From: a virus
IMG/VR virus record: IMGVR_UViG_3300029583_000202
Location: 5,114-25,744 of that record
Strand: one strand, 5' to 3'
Length of the DNA stretch: 20,631 nt
Shown: piece by piece, positions 8,817 to 16,246 of the stretch
Layout: each line of letters begins with the position of its first letter
Numbering within the stretch: the first letter of the stretch is position 1
Program-made: the position numbers and the translations under genes
Notes under the pieces: generated by a model
The model's input: the letters and a program-made list of their open reading frames with translations, nothing else
Database searches by the model: none
What the model was told of the DNA's origin: nothing

Positions 8817-9107
8817 TTATCGAATGCGCTGAATGCCGCGTTTGGGGCGCTGTGGCAGGGGAGCGGTCAGAGTGGGCGTCTGTTCGGGCAGCCGCTTTTT
8901 GATGTCCTCCGTCAGACTTGCCTGATATGCCGTGCAGAACTCCTGCACACGCCGGTCCGTGTCCGCGTCATCCGTGCCGACGAGCAGCGCGGCGAAACCG
9001 ACGCTCACACCCGCCGTGCTGAGCGCCGTCCTCGCGCGCTCCGTCTGCTCGCGGCTATGTTTTTCGGCGCGCAGCGCCTCCAATTCTTTCTTTTCCTCTT
9101 CTGTCAT
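8817..9107 (-). CDS. phage scaffold-like protein (DUF4355-like)
   Basis: SD AAGGAGAAGG upstream of the ATG. Charged coiled-coil N-terminus (EEEKKELEALRAEK). The segment LSTAGVSVGFAALLVGTDDADTDRRVQEF... resembles the DUF4355 / Gp46-type scaffold family. It lies directly downstream of the portal gene. Confidence 0.5.
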   Translation of the reverse strand: MTEEEKKELEALRAEKHSREQTERARTALSTAGVSVGFAALLVGTDDADTDRRVQEFCTAYQASLTEDIKKRLPEQTPTLTAPLPQRPKRGIQRIR

Positions 9108-9120
9108 ATCCTTCTCCTTT

Positions 9121-10383
9121 TCATCTGTTGGTTTGGTCGCTCTCTGCCGCCTTGCGGCGCAGCTCCTCCTGCACGTCCGTCACCCACGGCAGATTTTCCA
9201 AAATCGTCTGCGCGGACAGTACCGGGGAGAGCGAGAGCAGCGTTTCCGCAAGGGCCGAATTATCCTGCGGCAGGTTTTTATAAAACGCCGCCGTGCCGCC
9301 CGTGAGGTCGATGTTCCGCCCCATGAGTCGCTCGCCCGCCGTCAGCACGGCGAGCAGGCCGCGCAGGCCATCTGTAAAGGTGCGCTCCTTTGCAGCGCGC
9401 ACCTGCTCGATGCCCCATAGCTTATACTGCAGCGCCACGCCGGAGCTGTTGCCCGCAAAATGCTCGTCGCACAGATCCGGCGTCATGGACAGCTGCAAAA
9501 TGCTGCGGCGCAGGTTCGTTTCCAGTTGACCGAGCGCCTCATGGTTGAGGTTTTTGACCACGAACTCCGCGCGCCCGCCCTCGCTGAGCGACAGGATCCG
9601 TGTGCGGTTGGCGTTGTCGATGTCCTTCTGTGTCGTACCCTGCATTCCATAGAGCGCCAAAAAGGCATTGGCGACCGACTGCATGTCGTCCAGCGCGCCG
9701 GAGAGCAGCACATTGTACGCATCCACCAGTCCCGTCACCATCTCAAAGTCGCCCACACCCTGACAGTTGTTGTAGAAGGGCAGCAGGGGAATGGTGTGCA
9801 GCAGATTTTCCTCCGCCGTGCCGAGCGTCGCGCCGGTTCCGTCCCACACAAACGGGATGAGCCGTTCGGCCGTGTACAGCACGCCGCGCGTTTCGCCCTT
9901 ACCGCCCGCAAACAGCCTCACGGCAGCGAGCAGGGGGGCGCCCGCGTCACCGGAGCGAATGGCAAAGCAGTCGCAGGGGTCGCAGCGGCAGACCCGCACG
10001 CCGCTGCGCTCCGCCCACACGAGTGCAAAGCCTGCGCCGCAAATACTCAGGTCGCGCCCGAGGTCAAAGTAGAGATGCGGCAGAGCCAGCTCGCGGCTCA
10101 GCGCCGTGTAGCGCTCGCCCGTCGTAGCCTCGCCGTAGGCGAGGGCAGGGGGGATGCCGAGAAAGTATCCCGTGTGTACCTCCGTGATGTAGCGTGGGAA
10201 CGGCGCGCGCAGCAGATTGTTGGGACGGCCCCGCACGGCTTCGCCCTTGTTCACCGGCTGCTCGCCACGGTAGTAGTCGTAGAGCCGCTGCCGATCCGGG
10301 CGCACCGTCCGCAGAAACTCTCCCACCGCCGCGCCCAGCATTTCCGCGTCCGGGACGCCGGAACAGATGATGTCCTGTTTCAA
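9121..10383 (-). CDS. phage portal protein, SPP1 Gp6-like
   Basis: TTG start at 10383 with SD GGAGGA at 10396-10391. The N-terminal region ...RQRLYDYYRGEQPV...RPNNLLRAPFPRYITEVHTGYFLGIPP... is characteristic of SPP1-type portals. Confidence 0.85.
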   Translation of the reverse strand: MKQDIICSGVPDAEMLGAAVGEFLRTVRPDRQRLYDYYRGEQPVNKGEAVRGRPNNLLRAPFPRYITEVHTGYFLGIPPALAYGEATTGERYTALSRELALPHLYFDLGRDLSICGAGFALVWAERSGVRVCRCDPCDCFAIRSGDAGAPLLAAVRLFAGGKGETRGVLYTAERLIPFVWDGTGATLGTAEENLLHTIPLLPFYNNCQGVGDFEMVTGLVDAYNVLLSGALDDMQSVANAFLALYGMQGTTQKDIDNANRTRILSLSEGGRAEFVVKNLNHEALGQLETNLRRSILQLSMTPDLCDEHFAGNSSGVALQYKLWGIEQVRAAKERTFTDGLRGLLAVLTAGERLMGRNIDLTGGTAAFYKNLPQDNSALAETLLSLSPVLSAQTILENLPWVTDVQEELRRKAAESDQTNR

Positions 10384-10391
10384 AGAAAAAG

Positions 10392-10430
10392 TCCTCCTTC
10401 ATTGAAGTCTATACTTCAAGTGTAGGAGGA
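10392..10430 (-). promoter_or_regulatory. hairpin that pairs the portal Shine-Dalgarno with an upstream anti-SD
   Basis: Minus-strand RNA: UCCUCCU-ACAC-UUGAAGU-AUAG-ACUUCAA-UGA-AGGAGGA. Arms at 10424-10430 / 10392-10398 and 10413-10419 / 10402-10408. The 3' arm is the portal SD itself. Confidence 0.4.
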
Positions 10431-10504
10431 TTTTCCGCGCCGTTCCTCTGTCGCCGTTCACAGTCTTCCGACCGCTCGGACAAAACTCACATGAGGCAAA
10501 ACAG

Positions 10505-10534
10505 AAGCACCTATAGCCGCAGCCACAGGTGCTT
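10505..10534 (-). terminator. rho-independent terminator after the 810-aa membrane protein gene
   Basis: AAGCACCT (10505-10512) pairs with AGGTGCTT (10527-10534), with further imperfect pairing inside. On the minus strand it is followed by CUGUUUUGCC. It lies 18 nt below the stop at 10552. Confidence 0.55.
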
Positions 10535-10551
10535 TTGCATTTTGGGGATCG

Positions 10552-12984
10552 TCAGGTCGTAAGCAGCGTCTCCGCAAAGCGCCGGTCATCGTCTATGCAG
10601 CCGTTCAGGACAACGATCTTGTCAAAGAACGCCTGTGCCGTCTCGTCCAGCCCCACCGGCACGAGCGCGGAGGCATTATGGGCCTGCAAGGCGTTATAGT
10701 AATCCGTCAGCTTTGGCAGCAGCGTCTCACGCTGTGTCAGCAGAGGACTCGATGCACCGTTGTCGAAAAACGCGGCTTGAAGCATTGCTGCGCAGGCATT
10801 CCATGTGTCCGCGTTCGACGCCGAATACATCGCGCCGAGAATGGCCTCATCGACCGCCTCGCCGTACTGCTCCGTCCGCAGATAATAGTCCACCAGATAG
10901 CGCGGAATGGTGTTGCTCTGCACCTTAGAGAGCTGCGCGGCATACTCGTCCGCCTGTTCACGGTAATCCTCCGGATATTCCATCTCCAATGAATTTACCA
11001 CATAGGAGAGCATCATGTCGTTCCGTTCATAAAGGTCGAGCTTTGCCGCCGCGCTGAGGTTATAGAGAAACTCATCCCCATCCGCGACCGGCGCGTCCGC
11101 CTTCGACGCCGCATAGAGGTTGCCGCACAGCGTCAGCACCACGACCGCGGTAAAGCCGATGCCAATATTCCGCGCCAGCAGGGAGGGGTCAAGCCTTTTC
11201 GCCTGCGTTTTCTTCTTTCTTCCGTTCTCCTCCGCCGCGGCGGCTTTTTCCGCAAACGGCTCAGCCCACGCGCCGACGATCAGCCCGTAGACAGCATAGG
11301 TCATGCAGAGGAACACGATCATCGACATGGATACGTCCCAAAGCATCTGCAAGCCGTTCATCACAAATTCCGCGCACAGTGCAGGGTAGAGCCAGTAAAA
11401 TTCGTCCTCCCGCGTCTGCTTCCGCCTTTTCCAGAGCGCAAGCAGCATTGCGGCCAGCGCACCAATATATAACGCAAGCCCGACCACGCCGTCCTCGAGC
11501 AGAATTTGCAGATAATGCTGATGCACATACCTCGTCTCATAAGGATAGTCCTGCACCCGCGTCACGCCCGTTTCAAACGCACCCACACCGCTGCCGACAA
11601 TGGGGCTGAGCTTCCAGAGCTTTACCGCGTCCCCCCAAAACATCTCACGCAGCATCGTGGAGTTGTTCATACCGAAGCTCTGCACACGGTAGGCTGCAAA
11701 GCCCGGCAGCAGCTTGTAGCGGAGCGGCAGGTCATCTGCGTCGTCAATGACCGCGCGGCTGACCGTCACGCCCGGTTCAGCGGAAAATACAAAAAAGGTC
11801 TTTGCGTCCTTGTCCGTCACGGTGAAGGAGACCGGCCCATCTGCCATCTCGTTGTAAAGCTCCGTGCTGCCGCTCGACATCATTTGAACAGCGTTCTGCG
11901 TGTATATCCTCACCGTCACCGCACCATCCGCCTCGACCTGAATCGTATGCTCGCCCGCATCCAGTTGGGCACTGCGGTAAAGCTCGGGGCCGAAGGTATA
12001 CGGTCCCGTCACATTCATTGCCGCAACGGCGTACACGCCCGCGCCCAGCACCACCGCGATCAGCACGCCGAAGGCGAGCTTCTCGTGCTGCTCCAGCACC
12101 GCGGAGAGCCTCGCGCTCACCGTCAGCTCCAGCAGCACGGACACCCCCGCATTTGCCAGCAGCAAGGCAAGCACCAGCGCGCTCCGCTCGCTGTTAAACA
12201 GCGCAAAGGCAATAAATCCGCACACCAGCGTCGGCACAGCCGCGCCCAGCATCCGCAGCAGGGCCGCGCTGCGTCCCTTTCCCGCAAAAATCAGATATAC
12301 TGCAACCGCCGCGATGAAGCAGGCGATCGCACCCATGCTGAACACCAGCAGGAATGCGAACGCGCTGAACGACAGCGTAACGGTAAAAAGAATGCGCTGC
12401 CACCTTTTCTCCGCTCCGCACACGAGCGCGGCTGAGAGCAGAACGCCGATGGCAAAAACCGACGCCTCAATGTTTGAGTTACCAAAGATACCGTACAGGC
12501 GTGCGCCATTAAATGCTATGTTATCCGTGTTGATCGCAGGCAGCCTTTCCAACAGCAGCTTTGTAATGCCCGTGCTCACCGCCTCCACGCTCAAAAGCGC
12601 ATAGAGCGCGGAAATCCCCGCGATCACGCCCATCACGCGCCGCGCAAACGCGCGGTCGAAGCGCCCGTGCATGGCAACAAGCAGGAAGAAAAACACCGCG
12701 ATGAGGATCTTCGACCCCTCGCGCAGATGAAACTTGCCGGACATCGCCCAAAAAATCGTCACCCACGAAAACGCCGCATAGCCGAGCAACAGCAGGGAGG
12801 GGAGGTTCCAAAGCCGCTTTTCGTCGCCGAAAAAGAGCAGCGCGATGACGCCGACGCCCGCGAGCAGCGTCAGCCATTTCGTTCCAATGCCGCCGAAATG
12901 CAGCACTCCCAGCACCGCGAGCGCGAGGCACAGCACCACCGTGATCCACGCAGAGTTCTGTTTCCCGTTTATCCTTGCACGCAT
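10552..12984 (-). CDS. large O-antigen ligase/polymerase-like membrane protein with an extracytoplasmic insert and a helical C-terminal domain
   Basis: Listed 810-aa ORF with many TM segments. Wzy_C-like motif GSGVGAFETG...YVHQHYLQILLEDGVVGLALY. A soluble insert spans roughly aa 325-450. After a last TM segment there is a helical, TPR-like tail of about 200 aa. Confidence 0.75.
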   Translation of the reverse strand: MRARINGKQNSAWITVVLCLALAVLGVLHFGGIGTKWLTLLAGVGVIALLFFGDEKRLWNLPSLLLLGYAAFSWVTIFWAMSGKFHLREGSKILIAVFFFLLVAMHGRFDRAFARRVMGVIAGISALYALLSVEAVSTGITKLLLERLPAINTDNIAFNGARLYGIFGNSNIEASVFAIGVLLSAALVCGAEKRWQRILFTVTLSFSAFAFLLVFSMGAIACFIAAVAVYLIFAGKGRSAALLRMLGAAVPTLVCGFIAFALFNSERSALVLALLLANAGVSVLLELTVSARLSAVLEQHEKLAFGVLIAVVLGAGVYAVAAMNVTGPYTFGPELYRSAQLDAGEHTIQVEADGAVTVRIYTQNAVQMMSSGSTELYNEMADGPVSFTVTDKDAKTFFVFSAEPGVTVSRAVIDDADDLPLRYKLLPGFAAYRVQSFGMNNSTMLREMFWGDAVKLWKLSPIVGSGVGAFETGVTRVQDYPYETRYVHQHYLQILLEDGVVGLALYIGALAAMLLALWKRRKQTREDEFYWLYPALCAEFVMNGLQMLWDVSMSMIVFLCMTYAVYGLIVGAWAEPFAEKAAAAEENGRKKKTQAKRLDPSLLARNIGIGFTAVVVLTLCGNLYAASKADAPVADGDEFLYNLSAAAKLDLYERNDMMLSYVVNSLEMEYPEDYREQADEYAAQLSKVQSNTIPRYLVDYYLRTEQYGEAVDEAILGAMYSASNADTWNACAAMLQAAFFDNGASSPLLTQRETLLPKLTDYYNALQAHNASALVPVGLDETAQAFFDKIVVLNGCIDDDRRFAETLLTT

Positions 12985-13019
12985 CGTAAAAGCCCGCTTT
13001 CTCAGTATTTTATGGTTTT

Positions 13020-13048
13020 ATTGTACCGTTTCCGCGCCCCTGTGTCAA
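13020..13048 (-). promoter_or_regulatory. near-consensus sigma-70 promoter for the 810-aa membrane protein gene
   Basis: Minus strand: TTGACA (13048-13043), a 17-nt spacer, then TACAAT (13025-13020). It lies about 36 nt upstream of ATG 12984. Confidence 0.6.
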
Positions 13049-13080
13049 GGCGGAGCTTGGCCCCTTCCATCCGCTTGTGC

Positions 13081-13109
13081 TTGCGGTGCGGCGCACGGCA
13101 TGATACAAT
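13081..13109 (+). promoter_or_regulatory. extended -10 promoter for the ST7/TPR-like gene
   Basis: TTGCGG (13081-13086), a 17-nt spacer containing TG at 13101-13102, then TACAAT (13104-13109). ATG 13151 lies downstream. Confidence 0.5.
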
Positions 13110-13150
13110 TAACTTACACCAGAGCCAAAATGGAAAGCGGGAGAACAACA

Positions 13151-14095
13151 ATGAGCCGAGAAAACGAAAAGGTATTGGCGGAGCTTCGGAAATTTCTTGA
13201 ACTCCACAACGAGGAGCTGAACGATGAGAAGGACTTTGACCGGCTGGCGGAGCAATTTCTGTCGCAGCACAACGGCTCTCCGGACGGCGGCAGTATGGGA
13301 GAGATCGAAATGGCCGATGACTATCTGGAGCTCGCCGAGCAGGCCGCATCAAAGAAAAAGCGCCTGAACTACTTGAAAAAGGCGCTGGAGCTTGAGCCGG
13401 ATCATGTGGACGCGCAGCTTCAGCTGATCCTGACCGAGGCGGAGGACGCTCCGGAGGCACGCCTTACCGCCCTGGAGGATCTCATCAAAAAGGCGGCTAA
13501 GCCGTTGGAGGAGGAAGGCTGCTTTGAAAGAGGGACAGGGGCGTTCTGGGGGATCATGGAGACGCGGCCTTATATGCGCGTGCGCCGCGAGTACCTCGGT
13601 TCGTTGATCGAATGCGGCATGATGCAGCTTGCGATCGAGGAATGCCGGCAGCTTTTGGAATTGTGCGAGGGGGATAACCTCGGCATTCGCTATCTCCTGA
13701 TGCATCTCTATGCCTATACGGAGGACGAGCTGCACGCATTGGCGCTGCATCGGAAATACGACGCCTATGAGGAAACGCAAATGCTACTTCCGCTGTCGAT
13801 CCTGTATTATAAGCTTCATCAGCTTGACAAGGCAGAGGACCACCTGAAACGGCTGGCTTCGGTCAATAAGGACACGAAGAAATTCCTGCGGATCATGATA
13901 AACGGAGACCCCAATGCCCTGATCGACCATCTGGACCCGTACGGGTATCGCCCCTTCACGATCGAGGAGCTGATCGAAGACCTTGTGGGGAATGCGTTTC
14001 TCTTCTCCTCTGTACCGCACTTCTTTGCATGGGCATCCAACTGTCTGAGCAAGCGCACAGGCGGTAAGGCAAAGTGGCCGGAGAAAGGCAGATAA
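13151..14095 (+). CDS. ST7-like / TPR-like helical protein of unknown function
   Basis: I chose ATG 13151 (SD-like GGGAGA upstream). ATG 13130 is an alternative. The longer listed ORF start at 12845 overlaps the divergent gene and both promoters. The all-helical sequence with ETRPYMRVRREYLGSLIECGMMQLAIEECRQLLEL... resembles the ST7 (suppression of tumorigenicity 7)-type bacterial homologues. Confidence 0.6.
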   Translation: MSRENEKVLAELRKFLELHNEELNDEKDFDRLAEQFLSQHNGSPDGGSMGEIEMADDYLELAEQAASKKKRLNYLKKALELEPDHVDAQLQLILTEAEDAPEARLTALEDLIKKAAKPLEEEGCFERGTGAFWGIMETRPYMRVRREYLGSLIECGMMQLAIEECRQLLELCEGDNLGIRYLLMHLYAYTEDELHALALHRKYDAYEETQMLLPLSILYYKLHQLDKAEDHLKRLASVNKDTKKFLRIMINGDPNALIDHLDPYGYRPFTIEELIEDLVGNAFLFSSVPHFFAWASNCLSKRTGGKAKWPEKGR

Positions 14096-14158
14096 GACGG
14101 AACGGCCTGCTGCAGGTCCATAGGAAAGGCAATATCCGGTGTGTTCTCCGTAAAATAA

Positions 14159-14189
14159 GCGTCCGCCCCCATAACAGGGAGGCGGACGC
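14159..14189 (-). terminator. rho-independent terminator of the GHKL-nuclease/HTH operon (may also stop the convergent + gene)
   Basis: GCGTCCGCC (14159-14167) pairs with GGCGGACGC (14181-14189), extendable by CCC/GGG. On the minus strand it is followed by UUAUUUUAC. Confidence 0.6.
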
Positions 14190-14268
14190 TGTATATTAGC
14201 CTATGGGCATATTCTCATCCTTCGCCAACAGAAGTCATACCGTTTTCGTTCACAATTTCCCATCTGTT

Positions 14269-14502
14269 TTACAAGCAATTTCGTTCAACCACAAGGTCGT
14301 TGACGGTCGTGCCGAGCAGTACGCTCAGCGCGTAGAAGTTATCGATGTTCGGCAGCGTCCGTCCCGCCTGCCAGTGATACACGGACTGAGGACACGCGAG
14401 GTTCAGGTACCGCTGCATGTCCAAAACCGTGTACCCTCTCTCGATCCGGCGGCGGAGGATGTTCTCCCCCGTCGCCTTCACATCGATCACCGGATAGAGC
14501 AT
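14269..14502 (-). CDS. XRE-family helix-turn-helix protein (77 aa)
   Basis: I chose ATG 14502, which overlaps the upstream TGA by one base (TGATG). The longer listed start lies inside the upstream gene. The sequence ...GENILRRRIERGYTVLDMQRYLNLACPQSVYHWQAGRTLPNIDNFYALSVLLGTTVNDLV fits the HTH_3/XRE pattern. Confidence 0.8.
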   Translation of the reverse strand: MLYPVIDVKATGENILRRRIERGYTVLDMQRYLNLACPQSVYHWQAGRTLPNIDNFYALSVLLGTTVNDLVVERNCL

Positions 14503-16046
14503 CACGCGCTGATGCCCTCCTCCGCCCACGTCCGCAGCACGAAGTGATACGGCGCTCCCGTGGGGTCGCACTGGCTGTTGAGCTGCTCCGCCAGACTGCA
14601 CACCTCCTTCGGATGGCGCGCCCCGATGAGCACGCTCTCCTTCGCCGGAACGCCGTCCATCGCGCAGCCGTCCGCGTAGAGCCGAAGCTGGTAGAGGTCC
14701 TCCGCCTTCGTGCCCTTTGCCTTCGCCTCATAGATGGTCATTCCATCGGTCTTGCTCACCAGCAGGTCGATCTTCCCCTGCAATCCGATCGTGCGGTAGG
14801 TGCCCTCCTCGCGGCCGATGCGGAGCGTATCGCTCTCCGCCGCCTTCTTCTCCGCGAGCTTGCCGACGAGACGGCTCTCCAGCGACTCGCGCGAGGTCTC
14901 CGGCTGCCTGACATTGGCGCGGATCCAACGGAAGAGCGCCTGCGTGCGCGCGTCTCCCTCGACAAAGGCGTTCTTCGTCGTCTCCGTTGCGGGGAACGCG
15001 ACGCCGTCCTCGCCGCGCAGGTCGATCTGCGCGAGGAAGCGGTTGCAGCTCGGGTGCAGCGCCCGTCCGAACACCTTGCTGTACAGGCCGCGCTCAATGC
15101 AGCGGCCGTTGATGCGGATCTCGAGGCCAGAGGAGGCCATATTGCCCTTATAGTAGGTGGCATTCTCCTTATCTGCCTCGATGGTGCCGTAGCAGCAGCG
15201 GACGGTGACCTCACCGCCGCCGAAGTCCGCCGGCGTCTCCGGCAGCTCCACCGGGTCCTCCTCCCAGAGAGGCTCGAGCGCCTCGAGCTGGTGGCAGCTC
15301 TCGTGCGCGTTCTGCTCACGGCAGATGATGCCGATGGTGATGCGGCCCTCTGCAAGGATGGATGCATAGGTGTAGGCGAGCTCCTCCTTGAGGTAGCCGC
15401 ACAGCTGACGGAAGTCTGCCTTGGCGCGCTTCGTTGCGGGCTTGAGACCCTCGAGCTTCTCCTTGCCGCAGCGGACGCGGACAGTGGTGCCGGTCTCAAA
15501 CAGAATGGCGCCGCTGCCCTGATGGACCTTTGCGCGCATCTTCCGGTCGATGGCGGCATAGGGCGCGGATACGCAGCGGTAGCGGTCCGCCGCCGCGTCC
15601 TCCTTGGTGCGGCTCTCAAGGAGCCACAGCTCGGCCTCCTCGCTGAGATAGGAAAGGGCGTTCTTCAGCCCGCAGCCATGCTCATTCAGCGGCGACTGCG
15701 CTCCGCCGTGGCCGGAGATGGTCAGGGCCGCACCGAGGTCCGAGATGCCGGTGCCGCTGTCGCAGACGGAGATGTCTACATAGTCGCCGCCATCCGTGAG
15801 GCAGAGAATGACCTTGCCGCTGCCGCCGCTTGCCCTGATGGAGGAAATGGCGTTGTCCACCAGCTCCTCGATGGCCTGAGCAGGGGAGGTATAGTGGCCG
15901 CCAATGGCCTGAAACAGGGCGAAGCCGCTGGGGGTGTTGTCGAGCACCGTGTCGCCGATGCAGACGCCGGAGGGCTCATAGATGTTCTCGGGGATCATGG
16001 GGTTTGTGCTGTTGAAGAGGCTCTTGATGTTGTCAGTCGTATTCAT
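14502..16046 (-). CDS. GHKL (HATPase_c_3 / paraMORC-like) ATPase fused to a C-terminal PD-(D/E)xK nuclease-like domain
   Basis: SD AGGAGA lies 8 nt before ATG 16046. Bergerat-fold motifs: N-box EELVDNA (aa 60-66, nt 15869-15849), G1 DSGTG (aa 96-100) and G2 GHGG...NEHGCGLKNA (aa 112-130). C-terminal IDLLV...IYEAKAK, with D427 at nt 14768-14766 and E440-x-K442 at 14729-14721, followed by QLRLY, fits a restriction-endonuclease / Mrr-cat-type core. Confidence 0.8.
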   Translation of the reverse strand: MNTTDNIKSLFNSTNPMIPENIYEPSGVCIGDTVLDNTPSGFALFQAIGGHYTSPAQAIEELVDNAISSIRASGGSGKVILCLTDGGDYVDISVCDSGTGISDLGAALTISGHGGAQSPLNEHGCGLKNALSYLSEEAELWLLESRTKEDAAADRYRCVSAPYAAIDRKMRAKVHQGSGAILFETGTTVRVRCGKEKLEGLKPATKRAKADFRQLCGYLKEELAYTYASILAEGRITIGIICREQNAHESCHQLEALEPLWEEDPVELPETPADFGGGEVTVRCCYGTIEADKENATYYKGNMASSGLEIRINGRCIERGLYSKVFGRALHPSCNRFLAQIDLRGEDGVAFPATETTKNAFVEGDARTQALFRWIRANVRQPETSRESLESRLVGKLAEKKAAESDTLRIGREEGTYRTIGLQGKIDLLVSKTDGMTIYEAKAKGTKAEDLYQLRLYADGCAMDGVPAKESVLIGARHPKEVCSLAEQLNSQCDPTGAPYHFVLRTWAEEGISA

Positions 16047-16080
16047 GGATCGTATCTCCTATAAAATAAAATTTAATTTC

Positions 16081-16100
16081 GGCGCGTTCCGCTCCGCGCC
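16081..16100 (-). terminator. terminator/attenuator-like hairpin just upstream of the GHKL gene SD
   Basis: Minus strand: GGCGCG-GAGCGGAA-CGCGCC followed by GAAAUUAAAUUUUAUUUUAU. A second possible stem (CTGCGGC 16107-16113 with GCCGCAG 16134-16140) lies just upstream. Confidence 0.35.
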
Positions 16101-16158
16101 TGTGAGCTGCGGCAGGGGGGAAGCGGGGCGGTGGCCGCAGGGTCACCCGCTGCGCTGC

Positions 16159-16212
16159 TCAGGGTATGTGCCGCGGATAAAGCGCGCAGCTGCGGGCCTT
16201 GAACTCTTTCAT
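16159..16212 (-). CDS. 17-codon micro-ORF in the leader (possible leader peptide)
   Basis: Strong SD AAAGGAGG (minus strand, 16228-16221), a 9-nt spacer, then ATG 16212. Translation MKEFKARSCALYPRHIP, stop TGA at 16161-16159. Too short for the ORF track. Confidence 0.25.
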   Translation of the reverse strand: MKEFKARSCALYPRHIP

Positions 16213-16246
16213 GGAACGGTACCTCCTTTCCCCCAGCGGTAAGCAA

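Larger units (their letters stand above)
7304..10383 (-). mobile_element. degenerate prophage remnant (five structural or accessory genes only)
   Basis: Five tightly packed, co-oriented phage genes: portal, scaffold-like, tail fibre and two small ORFs. No terminase, major capsid, tail tube, tape measure, lysis or integrase genes are nearby. Polysaccharide genes flank it on both sides. Confidence 0.6.

Noticed and set aside
9460-10425. 321-aa plus-strand ORF opposite the portal gene, plus the other overlapping ORFs in 9057-10402
   Set aside because: These are GC-driven antisense or alternative-frame ORFs. The portal frame carries recognisable SPP1-type sequence.
11506-12435. 309-aa plus-strand ORF, plus the smaller ORFs inside the 810-aa membrane protein gene
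   Set aside because: Arg/His/Gln-rich antisense shadows. The minus-strand frame encodes coherent TM helices and a Wzy_C motif.
12845-13150. 102-codon N-terminal extension of the ST7/TPR-like ORF
   Set aside because: It overlaps the divergent membrane-protein gene and both mapped promoters. It is hydrophobic and Cys-rich, unlike the rest of the protein. ATG 13151 has an SD-like element.
14544-16064. 506-aa plus-strand ORF and the 287-aa minus-strand alternative-frame ORF (14756-15619) over the GHKL gene
   Set aside because: Extreme Ala/Arg/Leu/Gly (plus strand) or Arg/Ser/Ala (alternative frame) composition, with no motifs or SD. The chosen frame has Bergerat and PD-(D/E)xK motifs and a proper SD.
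16216-16228. GGAGGTACCG (minus strand) resembling the T-box GGUGGUACCGCG element
   Set aside because: It is a partial match only. No specifier-loop, AGAGA or AGUA elements were seen. The downstream gene is not an aminoacyl-tRNA synthetase or amino-acid gene. The sequence is better explained as the SD of the micro-ORF.
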